A stretch of DNA of 64,000 nt from Rhodobiaceae bacterium (lineage in GTDB: Bacteria > Pseudomonadota > Alphaproteobacteria > Puniceispirillales > Puniceispirillaceae), in contig JAAZUU010000001.1 in NCBI GenBank assembly GCA_018624035.1, forward strand, positions 4,080 through 68,079, given 5' to 3'. Made by a program: the position numbers and the translations under genes. Below the pieces are notes generated by a model. That model ran no database searches and was not told where the DNA came from. It saw nothing but the letters and a program-made list of their open reading frames with translations. This document shows positions 1 to 8,189 of the stretch, in pieces. The first letter of the stretch is position 1. Each line of letters starts with the position of its first letter.

Positions 1-452
1 CAGTTGTGGAACCTGGCGCCAACCTTGTCCGGGTTCGCCAAAATGCCGTCGAGTGTCGCCAGCTCGGGATGTTTCTCTACCAGCCAGGTCGGAACCCACC
101 ACCCCTCTTCACCGCCATTGGCGAAGACGTTGGATGCGGTGATCACCTTGCCGGCGGATTCAAGCTCACCATAAACAGGCGCCGAGTTGCGCCATACCTC
201 GGGCACGATGTCGGGCTGGCCGTTCTCGGCAAGCGATGTCACGGCAGGCACCGTATCTGTCGGAACAACAGTCACATTGCAGCCATAGCCGACCTCAAGA
301 ACAAATGTGGCGATAGCGGTGATTGATTCTCCCGATGCCCACCCCATGGCACCGATGCTGACGTCCCCGCAATGGCCATCTGCGCTGGCCGCAGAGACAT
401 TCATCGAGACCGCCGCGGCAGCGACCCCGAACACAGACAAAATCTTATTCAT
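1..452 (-). CDS. ABC transporter substrate-binding protein, glycine betaine/choline (OpuAC/ProX-like) family; N-terminal part only, open at the window edge
   Basis: Own translation of the minus strand from the ATG at comp(450-452): MNKILSVFGVAAAAVSMNVSAASA (signal peptide) ...GAMGWASGESITAIATFVLEVGYGCNVTVVP...PDIVPEVW...GWWVPTWL. It is missing from the ORF track because it runs off position 1. The motif pattern resembles OpuAC-type binding proteins. Confidence 0.6.
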   Translation of the reverse strand, partial: MNKILSVFGVAAAAVSMNVSAASADGHCGDVSIGAMGWASGESITAIATFVLEVGYGCNVTVVPTDTVPAVTSLAENGQPDIVPEVWRNSAPVYGELESAGKVITASNVFANGGEEGWWVPTWLVEKHPELATLDGILANPDKVGARFHN

Positions 453-575
453 GATGGAATTCCTCCGAGTTTTTTTCTGGCCCGCTCGCGCGACCCACAA
501 CACACAGCGTAACGGGGTTAACCATTATACTGGAAGTCAGCTTCGCCACTTTTTATCCCGGGCAGGCCGAATCTA

Positions 576-601
576 TTGAAAAATCCTCTGATTCGCTGCC
601 C
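576..601 (+). promoter_or_regulatory. Shared upstream box, copy 1 (TTGAAAAATCCT-CTGATTCGCTGCCC), 61 nt before the AcnX start
   Basis: The 12-nt AT-rich core TTGAAAAATCCT is identical to that at 2624-2635. The flanks (TGATyC...CTGCCC) are similar, with a 2-nt indel. Confidence 0.4.
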
Positions 602-661
602 TGATCACCGGTTTTCAAAGTCTGGCATGGCCTCCTAGACTTCGTTGTAGAAGAGGATGGC

Positions 662-1912
662 ATGATGAAACTTGATGATCAGGAACAGGCGATGCTGGCT
701 GGCGAGATGGGCCGGGCCTGCCAGTGGGCGATCGAACATCAGTTGCAGGTGGGCCGCATGTTCGATGCCGCCGACATGGTGGCGGTCAGCCAGTCGCATA
801 TGATGGCCGATCCGGAATCACTCGGTGCGGCCGGCGTTGAATTTGTCGAACGGCTGGCCGCCGATGGCGGTTCCGTCACGATCCCGATGATCACCGACCC
901 GCGCGGTGTCGACCTGTCGCATTACCTGCCGCTTGGCCAGACCGAGGAGATGGCCGAACTTGAGCGTCGGTTCGTTGCCGCCTGCCGGGCGATGGGAATC
1001 ATGATGACCGACACCTGCATCAACTACCAGACAATCATGCCGCCGCTGTTTGGCGATCATGTGGCCTATGGTGATACAGGTGTCGTGATCTATTCGAATT
1101 CCGTCTGTGGTGCCCGTTCCAATTTCGAGGGCGGGCCGTCGGCGCTCGCCGCCGGACTGACCGGTCGCACGCCGCGCTATGGGCTGCATCTTGACCGAAA
1201 CCGCCGCGCCACGAAGCGGTTTATCGTCGAGGACCGTCCGCAAGACCTAATGCAATGGGGGGTGCTTGGCGCCACGATCGGCCGGATGGCGGGAAGCTAT
1301 TGGGAGGTGCCGGTGATCGAGGGTATTAACGGCGCGCCAACTTCTGACGAGATCAAGCATTTTGGTGCCGCCATGGCGAGCTGGGGGTCGACACCCCTGT
1401 TCCACATCGTCGGCGTGACACCGGAATGCCGCGACCTTGGCGATGTCGGGGCAACGGGGCTGGCCGCGCGGCGCGTCACGGCGGCGGACCTCGATGACCT
1501 TGGCGCGCCATTCGGCGCTGCCGGCGAGCCTGTCGATGTCGTCGTGTTCGCCGCGCCGCAGCTCAGCCTTGTCGAAATGGCGCAGGTTGCCGCGCTGTGC
1601 CGTGGCCGCCGCCGTGCCGCGAGCACCGACATGATTGTCTGCACGCCGGCCCAGGTCCATCCCGATGCATGCCAGCTTGGCTACATCGAGGATATCGAGA
1701 GTTTTGGCGGCACCGTTCTGACCGGCACCTGCTTCTATCAGCAATATGCCCGCGAGATCGGCGAAGCCAATGGCTGGTCACGGCTTCTCAGCAATTCGGC
1801 GAAGATCGTCAACATCCTCGGCGGCTATGGCTATCGCCCGGCGCTGGCCAGCATGGAGGACTGCGTCGCCTCGGCCGAGGCTGGAACAGTGATCGACAGG
1901 AGGCCGTCATGA
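662..1912 (+). CDS. Aconitase X (DUF521) catalytic/large subunit, cis-3-hydroxy-L-proline dehydratase type
   Basis: 416-aa ORF with an ATG start and GAGGA upstream. The sequence along its length (MLAGEMG...QSHMMAD...PMITDPRG...DTCINYQ) resembles the DUF521/AcnX family. ATGA overlap with the next gene. Confidence 0.7.
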   Translation: MMKLDDQEQAMLAGEMGRACQWAIEHQLQVGRMFDAADMVAVSQSHMMADPESLGAAGVEFVERLAADGGSVTIPMITDPRGVDLSHYLPLGQTEEMAELERRFVAACRAMGIMMTDTCINYQTIMPPLFGDHVAYGDTGVVIYSNSVCGARSNFEGGPSALAAGLTGRTPRYGLHLDRNRRATKRFIVEDRPQDLMQWGVLGATIGRMAGSYWEVPVIEGINGAPTSDEIKHFGAAMASWGSTPLFHIVGVTPECRDLGDVGATGLAARRVTAADLDDLGAPFGAAGEPVDVVVFAAPQLSLVEMAQVAALCRGRRRAASTDMIVCTPAQVHPDACQLGYIEDIESFGGTVLTGTCFYQQYAREIGEANGWSRLLSNSAKIVNILGGYGYRPALASMEDCVASAEAGTVIDRRPS

Positions 1913-2334
1913 CGACCAGACTTGCCTGTCATGTCGGCATAGGGCCGGCGGTGCGGGGGGTGGCGCTTGTCGCCGATGACAATTTCTCGGCGCGTTATGA
2001 TCTCGACCGGGTCAATGGTGTGTTCTCGCGCCCGCAACACCGGCTGTACGGTGAGAGTTACCGTGATGTCATTCTGGTCCTGAACACCGCCAAGGGCGGT
2101 GTGGCGACGGCCTGGATGCTGCATGAAATGGTATCGCGCGACATGGCGCCAAAGGCGCTTCTGCTGAACGCCGCCAACACCATTCTGGCGCAGGGCGCGG
2201 CGTTGGCGAACATGGCGATGTGCGACCGGTTCGCCGATGGTGACGTGACCCGGCTGATTCGCACCGGTGACCGGCTGACGGTCGATCCGGCGGCAGGTCT
2301 GGTCACCATCACCGGCCGTGTGGACGACCGGTGA
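1909..2334 (+). CDS. Aconitase X swivel-domain/small subunit (DUF126)
   Basis: Internal ATG at 1909 overlaps the stop of the large subunit (ATGA). 141 aa: MTTRLACHVGIGPAVRGVALVADDNFSARYDLD...LNTAKGGVATAWMLHEM, typical of DUF126. The upstream part of track ORF 1597..2334 overlaps the preceding gene and is not used. Confidence 0.65.
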   Translation: MTTRLACHVGIGPAVRGVALVADDNFSARYDLDRVNGVFSRPQHRLYGESYRDVILVLNTAKGGVATAWMLHEMVSRDMAPKALLLNAANTILAQGAALANMAMCDRFADGDVTRLIRTGDRLTVDPAAGLVTITGRVDDR

Positions 2335-2372
2335 TGACCTTGCGGCGATAGAATCACGGCGGCGGTAGCATC

Positions 2373-2612
2373 ATGAAGATGGACCCGCAGGATTATCCGT
2401 TCCGGCGCGTGACGCATCGGCCGGGGTTTCTTGCCGGCAATGATGCGGCGGCGGAATGGTGCGCGCTCGGTTTCGGCTGGCTTTATGCCTTCAACCAAGA
2501 GGAGGCCGTCCATTGCTTCCGCCGCGCCACGCGCTTGGCGCCCCCTTGCCGACAGGGACATCACCTCATCCTGCTTTCGGTGTGCAGGGGCCATGAGCCG
2601 TCAATCCCGTGA
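2373..2612 (+). pseudogene. Possible remnant of the N-terminus of a TPR-like protein (gene fragment in an unusually long spacer)
   Basis: 79-aa ORF with AAEWCALGFGWLYAFNQEEAVHCFRRATRLAPPC. This resembles the N-terminal AxxxFxxGLxxLYxFNHEEAxxxFxxAxxLDPxCAMA motif of a family of about 500-600 aa, but the ORF ends after about 80 aa and I could not find a continuation in another frame. Confidence 0.25.
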
Positions 2613-2623
2613 CAAGCGCGATT

Positions 2624-2651
2624 TTGAAAAATCCTGTTGATCCCACTGCCC
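2624..2651 (+). promoter_or_regulatory. Shared upstream box, copy 2 (TTGAAAAATCCT-GTTGATCCCACTGCCC), 70 nt before the ureohydrolase start
   Basis: See copy 1. Both copies have the same orientation relative to the downstream plus-strand operon. Confidence 0.4.
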
Positions 2652-2720
2652 CGGCTGGGCCAGCCTTGCCGGTGAAGAAGCGACGGTCAGCCATGGCAGG
2701 CCGGTGCCTGGAGGAAGAGT

Positions 2721-3719
2721 ATGAGCAAGACAGCGGCGATGGGTGATCTGTTCGGGGGCGAGACGGCTGGCGGGTGGCTGAATCTGCCGCGCGTCGGCCC
2801 CGATGCGCTGGCGGATGTGGATATCGGTGTCATCGGGATCGGGTCGGCGACACCCTATCCTGTCGGGTCATACTGCCACGATGCGCCGGATGCCATCCGC
2901 ACCGAGCGCAGCTGGCCGGCAATCCTCGACCAGCATGATTTCGACCTGTTCGATGTCACCCCGTCATCCGGCGTGATCCCGGCGGGTGTGCGGGCCGCCG
3001 ATCTTGGCAATCTCGATGTTGTCGCCGACGCTGCGCCCGAGGTCACCGCCGACAATCGCCGGCGCATCCGCGAGGCGATCACCGGCATGCTGGATGCCGG
3101 TACGACGCCGTTTGTTCTTGGCGGCGATGATTCGGTGCCCATTCCGGTGCTGGAATCCTATTGCGGGTTTGCCGACGGGCCGATCTCGATCCTGCAGATC
3201 GACGCGCATATCGACTGGCGTGACGAGGTTGGCGGCGAGACGCAGGGCCTGTCCAGCAATATGCGGCGCGCCAGCGAGATGGCACATGTCGGCACGATTG
3301 TCCAGCTGGCGGCGCGCGGCATCGGCTCGGCCCGCAAGCAGGATGTCGAGGCGGCGCTTGATTATGGTGTCGCCTTCCACACCATGCGCAGGCTTCGCGA
3401 GTCCGGTGGGGTCGGGCGTGCCGTCGCCGCTCTTCCCGAGGGTGTGCCTGTCTATGTCGCGCTTGATGTCGACAGCCTCGACCCGGCTGTGATGCCGGCT
3501 GTCATCGGCGCGGCGCAGGGTGGACTCGATTACTGGCAGATGATGGAGATTTTCGAGGCGGTCGCGGCCCGCGCCCCGATCTGCGGATTCAACATGGTCG
3601 AGCTGATGCCATCGCGTGACGTCAACGGGCAGGGGGCGTTGATGGCATCGCGACTCGGCTTGTCGATGCTTGGCCTGATGGCCCGCCAGAAGGCGCAGAA
3701 CACGCAGAACACAGGCTGA
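2721..3719 (+). CDS. Ureohydrolase (arginase/agmatinase/guanidino-acid hydrolase family)
   Basis: 332 aa with GGAGGAAG SD. Mn-binding signature contexts GGDDSVPIP, LQIDAHIDWRDE and VALDVDSLDPAVMPA. Confidence 0.75.
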   Translation: MSKTAAMGDLFGGETAGGWLNLPRVGPDALADVDIGVIGIGSATPYPVGSYCHDAPDAIRTERSWPAILDQHDFDLFDVTPSSGVIPAGVRAADLGNLDVVADAAPEVTADNRRRIREAITGMLDAGTTPFVLGGDDSVPIPVLESYCGFADGPISILQIDAHIDWRDEVGGETQGLSSNMRRASEMAHVGTIVQLAARGIGSARKQDVEAALDYGVAFHTMRRLRESGGVGRAVAALPEGVPVYVALDVDSLDPAVMPAVIGAAQGGLDYWQMMEIFEAVAARAPICGFNMVELMPSRDVNGQGALMASRLGLSMLGLMARQKAQNTQNTG

Positions 3720-3735
3720 AATCAAGGAACATGAC

Positions 3736-4593
3736 ATGACACAGATCCGTGCGGACATACCTGATGATGCGGCGGCGCGCCGTGCCGTCGAACCTGTCAT
3801 CTGCTATCCGAATGACAGTCTGCCACCACCCGACCTCGATCTGTACCGTGCCGCCCGCGCTGGCGCGCGCAAGACTGGTGAGGTAATGGTGGCGCCGCGC
3901 GATGCGTCATGTTTCGAGGTGCCGGCAGGCGGGTTCTTTCGGATCACCTCGGTCGAGGGGCCACAGGTCGGCGATCTCAATCTGTGGCATGCCGGCAACC
4001 TTGACGAGAGGTTCTTTTCCGGAAAGACCCGCGCCATCCACGGCACGCATGTCACCACTGGCGAAAGCCTGTGGTCCTGCCTGCCGTTCCTGCGACCGAT
4101 GGCGACGATCATCGCGGATACGCTGAACTGGTATGGCATCGATGAATATGGTGGTTCGGTCCACGATGTCATCGGCACGAGATGCGATCCCTACACGCAT
4201 CATCTTCTGTCAGGTGATGATTATCACTATTGCTGTCATTCCAACCTGTCACGGGCGCTGGCGCGCCATGCCGGCCGCCCCATCGAGGAGATCGAGATGC
4301 AGGTGCATGACGTGTTGAATGTGTTCATGTGCACCGGGTTCACCCGAGATACCGGACAGTATTTCATGAAGGCCAGCCCGGTTCGCCCCGGTGATCATAT
4401 CGAGTTCTTTGCCGAGATCGATCTGGTCGGCGCCCTGTCCGCCTGTCCGGGGGGCGACTGTTCGACAACACATTCAAGCGATGCCGCAAGCTGTCATCCG
4501 CTTCTTGTCGAGACCTTCACGCCGGAGGAGGGCGCGCTTGGCAACTGGCGACCGGCACCGGTCAATGGTTATAACCGCGGCCATGGTCGCTAG
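3736..4593 (+). CDS. DUF1989 (urea-carboxylase-associated) family protein
   Basis: 285 aa, starting 17 nt after the ureohydrolase. SCFEVPAGGFFRITSVEGPQVGDLNLW...FSGKTRAIHGTH...DVIGTRCDPY resembles DUF1989 proteins. Confidence 0.6.
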   Translation: MTQIRADIPDDAAARRAVEPVICYPNDSLPPPDLDLYRAARAGARKTGEVMVAPRDASCFEVPAGGFFRITSVEGPQVGDLNLWHAGNLDERFFSGKTRAIHGTHVTTGESLWSCLPFLRPMATIIADTLNWYGIDEYGGSVHDVIGTRCDPYTHHLLSGDDYHYCCHSNLSRALARHAGRPIEEIEMQVHDVLNVFMCTGFTRDTGQYFMKASPVRPGDHIEFFAEIDLVGALSACPGGDCSTTHSSDAASCHPLLVETFTPEEGALGNWRPAPVNGYNRGHGR

Positions 4594-4604
4594 GTGATGT
4601 GGCC

Positions 4605-6950
4605 TCAGCCGGTGGCCGGGCGGCGCATCGCATGGAAGGCGATCACGCCGCCGGCGGCAATTGCCGCGCCGATATAGACGAACTCGTAGCGTGTCATCAG
4701 CAGGATGGCGAGCCCCAGCCTGACGATCACCTCGCCAAAACCAAGCTGCCGCCGGTCAAAGCGGGCCAGCGCGCTGGAGACAAGATAGAGCGCCAGCACA
4801 AGCCGTCCCAGCACAAGCGCCAGCCCCGGCAGATTGATCGTGCCGTCATAACCCTCGAGATAGACAACGCCGGCGGATGCCGAGGCCGCGGCATCGATCA
4901 CCGCATCGTCGATCAGCAGAATCTCCGGATAGAGCGCGAAGACGAACGGGATGACGAACATCACGATCCCCGATTTCACAGCTGAAAATCCTGTCGACAT
5001 GGGTTCGGCCTTGGTGATGCTGGCAGCGGCGAAGGCGGCAAGCGCCACCGGCGGCGTTATGGCGCTGGCGACGGCGAAGTAGAAAATGAACATATGGGCG
5101 GTGAACAGCGAGATCCCGAGGCCGGCCAGAACCGGACCGAGAAGCAGCGCGACATTGATATAGGCCGGCACCGCCGGCATGCCCATGCCAAGAAGAATGG
5201 CCATCAGCATGGTCAGCAGCAGGGCGATCAGCTGGAAGGCTGTCGATCCGCCCTGGCCAAGGTCGAGTGCCTGCAGCCAGCCAAGAACGTCGAGCGAGAT
5301 GAAGGTCGGAAGGCCGGTGAACTGGAGGCAGAAATCAATAATCGAGACGGCAAGGAACATCAGATAGAGGGTCGAGATCAGAATGCCGGCATTTGACAGC
5401 GCGTCGACAACCTTCATCGGCCGCGCCCGCACCTCGGGATCGACGAACAGCAGACCAAGAAGCAGGATGACCGCGTACCATCCGGCGCTGCCGGCATCAC
5501 CGGCGGCGTTGCGGACCAGCTCCTGGAACCAGGAATAGCTGGTCACCTGGCAGCCGGCCTCGGTGATGATCCTCTCGGCACCCATCATGGCACCGAACAT
5601 GCCGCATCCGACAGCTTCCTTCTTCGTCAGCAGCAGCAACAGGATCAGTAGGATAGGGCCAAAGATCATTACCAGGTTCAGCATGTCCTGACGATCAAGG
5701 CGCATATCGTCGGTCAGCTTGCCGATGGCCCGGATGTCCTGCTTGCGCGACTGGAAGATCACCGACAGGAACAGGCAGAAGAAATAAGCTAGCGCCGGGA
5801 TCGCCGCCGCCACGATGACATCCGAATAGGGGACGCTTGTCAGCGAGGCGAGGACAAAGGCAGCAACGCCCATCACCGGCGGCATCACGGACCCGCCTGA
5901 CGAGGCGGCAGCCTCGACGCCGCCGGCAAAGACCTTTGAGAAGCCGCGTTTCAGCATCATCGGGATCGTCAGCACGCCGGTCGACAGGACATTGACGATC
6001 GGGCCTCCGGAAATGGTTCCGAACATGGCCGATGACACGACGGCGGCATGCGCAGGCCCGCCGCGAAGATGACGTGTCCACCGGAAGGCAAGCTTGATCA
6101 GCGAGCGCCCGCCGGCCGAGCTGCCGAACAGCGAGCCAAGGACAAGATACGGGAAGATGGTGTTCAGGATGATGTCCATGAACCGGCCAAGCAGACCGGA
6201 GGAATTATTCACCAGAATGTCGTGGACACGTGGCCGACCGTCGGCCAGCATGCGCGGCTCGCCGGCAAGCTTGGTCATCAGATACTTGTTGATGTCATCC
6301 GGTCCGTGGAAATACCAGACAAGAACGGTGATGATGGTGTAGGCCGCGATCAGGATCGCCACCAGAACAAGTGGCAGGCCCCAGACCTTGATGTTGTAGG
6401 ACAGGAACACGATGATCGCGAGGCCTGCGATCAGCACCAGCCAGCCACCGGTATTGTTGACGCATTTCGGGTCGTCGATGGTGGTTGGCGGCTCCATTCC
6501 CAGAAGCTCGGCAAGCTCGCGTTCGGCCTTCAGGCTTTCCTCGATCAGGCGCGCGCGGTCACCGGTGATCTGGTCGATCAGGCAAATGGCCTCGATCTCG
6601 ACGAAATAGGTCACCGAGATGGTGGCAGCCATCAACACCAGCGCGATATCCATGAACAGCCCGAACCGCCGTCGCCAGCGCGACGCCTCGGCCCAGCTTC
6701 GCCACATGGAATGTTTCAACGCGACGATCACCATCATCAGCGCGAAAAATGAGGGATAAAACCATTCAAAAGGAAATTTGCGGAATGTCGCGCCCTGAAT
6801 TCCGGTCAGGTTTCCGGCAAGATCGTCATACCCCGGAATACCGGGTGTCATGTTGATCAGGCCAATGATGACCATCGCCACTGTCAGCCAGTAAACAAGC
6901 TTCAGGCCGAAATCCTGTTCGGCTGGCGGTGTCGGGCTGTTCTCGGTCAT
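4605..6950 (-). CDS. TRAP transporter fused permease subunit (TAXI type)
   Basis: 781-aa polytopic membrane ORF. Its size and sequence are typical of the fused small/large TRAP permeases paired with TAXI receptors. It lies downstream of the TAXI receptor gene. Confidence 0.8.
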   Translation of the reverse strand: MTENSPTPPAEQDFGLKLVYWLTVAMVIIGLINMTPGIPGYDDLAGNLTGIQGATFRKFPFEWFYPSFFALMMVIVALKHSMWRSWAEASRWRRRFGLFMDIALVLMAATISVTYFVEIEAICLIDQITGDRARLIEESLKAERELAELLGMEPPTTIDDPKCVNNTGGWLVLIAGLAIIVFLSYNIKVWGLPLVLVAILIAAYTIITVLVWYFHGPDDINKYLMTKLAGEPRMLADGRPRVHDILVNNSSGLLGRFMDIILNTIFPYLVLGSLFGSSAGGRSLIKLAFRWTRHLRGGPAHAAVVSSAMFGTISGGPIVNVLSTGVLTIPMMLKRGFSKVFAGGVEAAASSGGSVMPPVMGVAAFVLASLTSVPYSDVIVAAAIPALAYFFCLFLSVIFQSRKQDIRAIGKLTDDMRLDRQDMLNLVMIFGPILLILLLLLTKKEAVGCGMFGAMMGAERIITEAGCQVTSYSWFQELVRNAAGDAGSAGWYAVILLLGLLFVDPEVRARPMKVVDALSNAGILISTLYLMFLAVSIIDFCLQFTGLPTFISLDVLGWLQALDLGQGGSTAFQLIALLLTMLMAILLGMGMPAVPAYINVALLLGPVLAGLGISLFTAHMFIFYFAVASAITPPVALAAFAAASITKAEPMSTGFSAVKSGIVMFVIPFVFALYPEILLIDDAVIDAAASASAGVVYLEGYDGTINLPGLALVLGRLVLALYLVSSALARFDRRQLGFGEVIVRLGLAILLMTRYEFVYIGAAIAAGGVIAFHAMRRPATG

Positions 6951-6971
6951 GCGCTGGTACCCTGTTCACTG

Positions 6972-7000
6972 AAAAAAAGCGCCGGCATTTCTGCCGGCGC
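6972..7000 (-). terminator. Intrinsic terminator/attenuator between the TAXI receptor and TRAP permease genes
   Basis: Stem GCGCCGGCA / TGCCGGCGC with a 4-nt loop, followed on the minus strand by T7. It lies 18 nt after the receptor stop. Confidence 0.7.
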
Positions 7001-7017
7001 CGCTGCATCGTCCAGCG

Positions 7018-8064
7018 TTACTTGGCACAGGCCGGGATAGAGTGACCGGCTTCCTCCCATGCCGCCACGGCACCGGGATGGTATTTCAGCGGGTTCAGAC
7101 CGCACATGTCGGTCAGCGCGACATCGGTCTCGCCATGCCAGGAGTTCGGCATGAACGGCGCCTTGGCATAATAGACCTCCTCGAGCCCGTCGAGGAACGC
7201 CTTGGTCAGCGCCTTGGCGGTGTCGAAATCCATCGATGCGTTCACAATCTCGCCACCAACCGTGCCGGGGCAGCGGAAATTGTCATCCTCTGATCTGACC
7301 GTCACACCACTTTTCCAGCCCATGTCGGCAATCGGCAGCGTCACGGCGACGGTGCCCGGGCGCTTGGTGAACTTGCCGAAGGCCTCGCCCTCGAAAGTCT
7401 TGATCGGCATCGACCACATGGTCATGTCACCCGATGCCATGGCGGCGGTCATCCGGCCGTCAGGAAAGCTGACCGGCAGGACGAAGGCGTTTGCCGAGCC
7501 GTCCTGGATGGTCTTCACGGCCTGGCCCCAGTTCACCTGGATGCCGGTATAGTCCTTCTTGTCCTCGAGGCCGGTGACAAGACGCACGAGGTCCCGCGCG
7601 TTGGTCAGCGCCGCGCCGCGCGGCGGCCCGTTGAAGATGCGTGCGCCCTTGATGCCGTCATAGCCCGGAAAATTGCTGCTGTCATAGGCGTAGAGCGACT
7701 GGCAGGCGATCCGGTAGGTGTAGAGCACCCGCAGATTGCCGGTCAGCTCGGCGCCTTTTTCCTTGCCAACCTTGGCATAGGGGCCGACCGCGCGCGACAT
7801 CAGGAAGGGCAGGACAAACGGCGCTGCCGCAATGTCGGACTTGCCCTCGGCGACATTCTGTACAGAGTTGGTCAGCGTCTGGCCGGTGGTGACCTGGATG
7901 TCGGCGACATTGTATTTCGCGGCAACTTCGGAAAGCGAGATCACCGATACGCCCGGGGCGCTCCCCGGCGAGGCCGTCTCGGCGGTCAAATTGACCTGGG
8001 CCTGAGCCGTGACGGCAAGGCCAAGGATGGCGGCGGCTCCCGCCACTGCAAAAATCTTAGACAT
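7018..8064 (-). CDS. TAXI-family TRAP transporter solute receptor
   Basis: I start at the internal ATG (comp 8062-8064), which is preceded by GGGAGGAA and gives the signal peptide MSKIFAVAGAAAILGLAVTAQA. The longer track ORF (to 8193) adds an Arg/Pro-rich leader with no signal-peptide logic. Confidence 0.75.
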   Translation of the reverse strand: MSKIFAVAGAAAILGLAVTAQAQVNLTAETASPGSAPGVSVISLSEVAAKYNVADIQVTTGQTLTNSVQNVAEGKSDIAAAPFVLPFLMSRAVGPYAKVGKEKGAELTGNLRVLYTYRIACQSLYAYDSSNFPGYDGIKGARIFNGPPRGAALTNARDLVRLVTGLEDKKDYTGIQVNWGQAVKTIQDGSANAFVLPVSFPDGRMTAAMASGDMTMWSMPIKTFEGEAFGKFTKRPGTVAVTLPIADMGWKSGVTVRSEDDNFRCPGTVGGEIVNASMDFDTAKALTKAFLDGLEEVYYAKAPFMPNSWHGETDVALTDMCGLNPLKYHPGAVAAWEEAGHSIPACAK

Positions 8065-8189
8065 AGGTTCCTCCCTTGATTGTCCGGATCGTGCCGGACA
8101 GCCTGTGGTGGCGCACCTGTTCCTCGCAGGCGTCACCTTGCTAGCATGTTGGCCGGGGTTTTGGCGTTGTGCAAGCCCAGTTTGGCAGG

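Noticed and set aside
4599-4985. 128-aa plus-strand ORF directly after the DUF1989 gene
   Set aside because: It lies fully antisense to the 3' end of the TRAP fused permease gene. It is highly charged and low-complexity (R/D/H/Q-rich) and has no SD.
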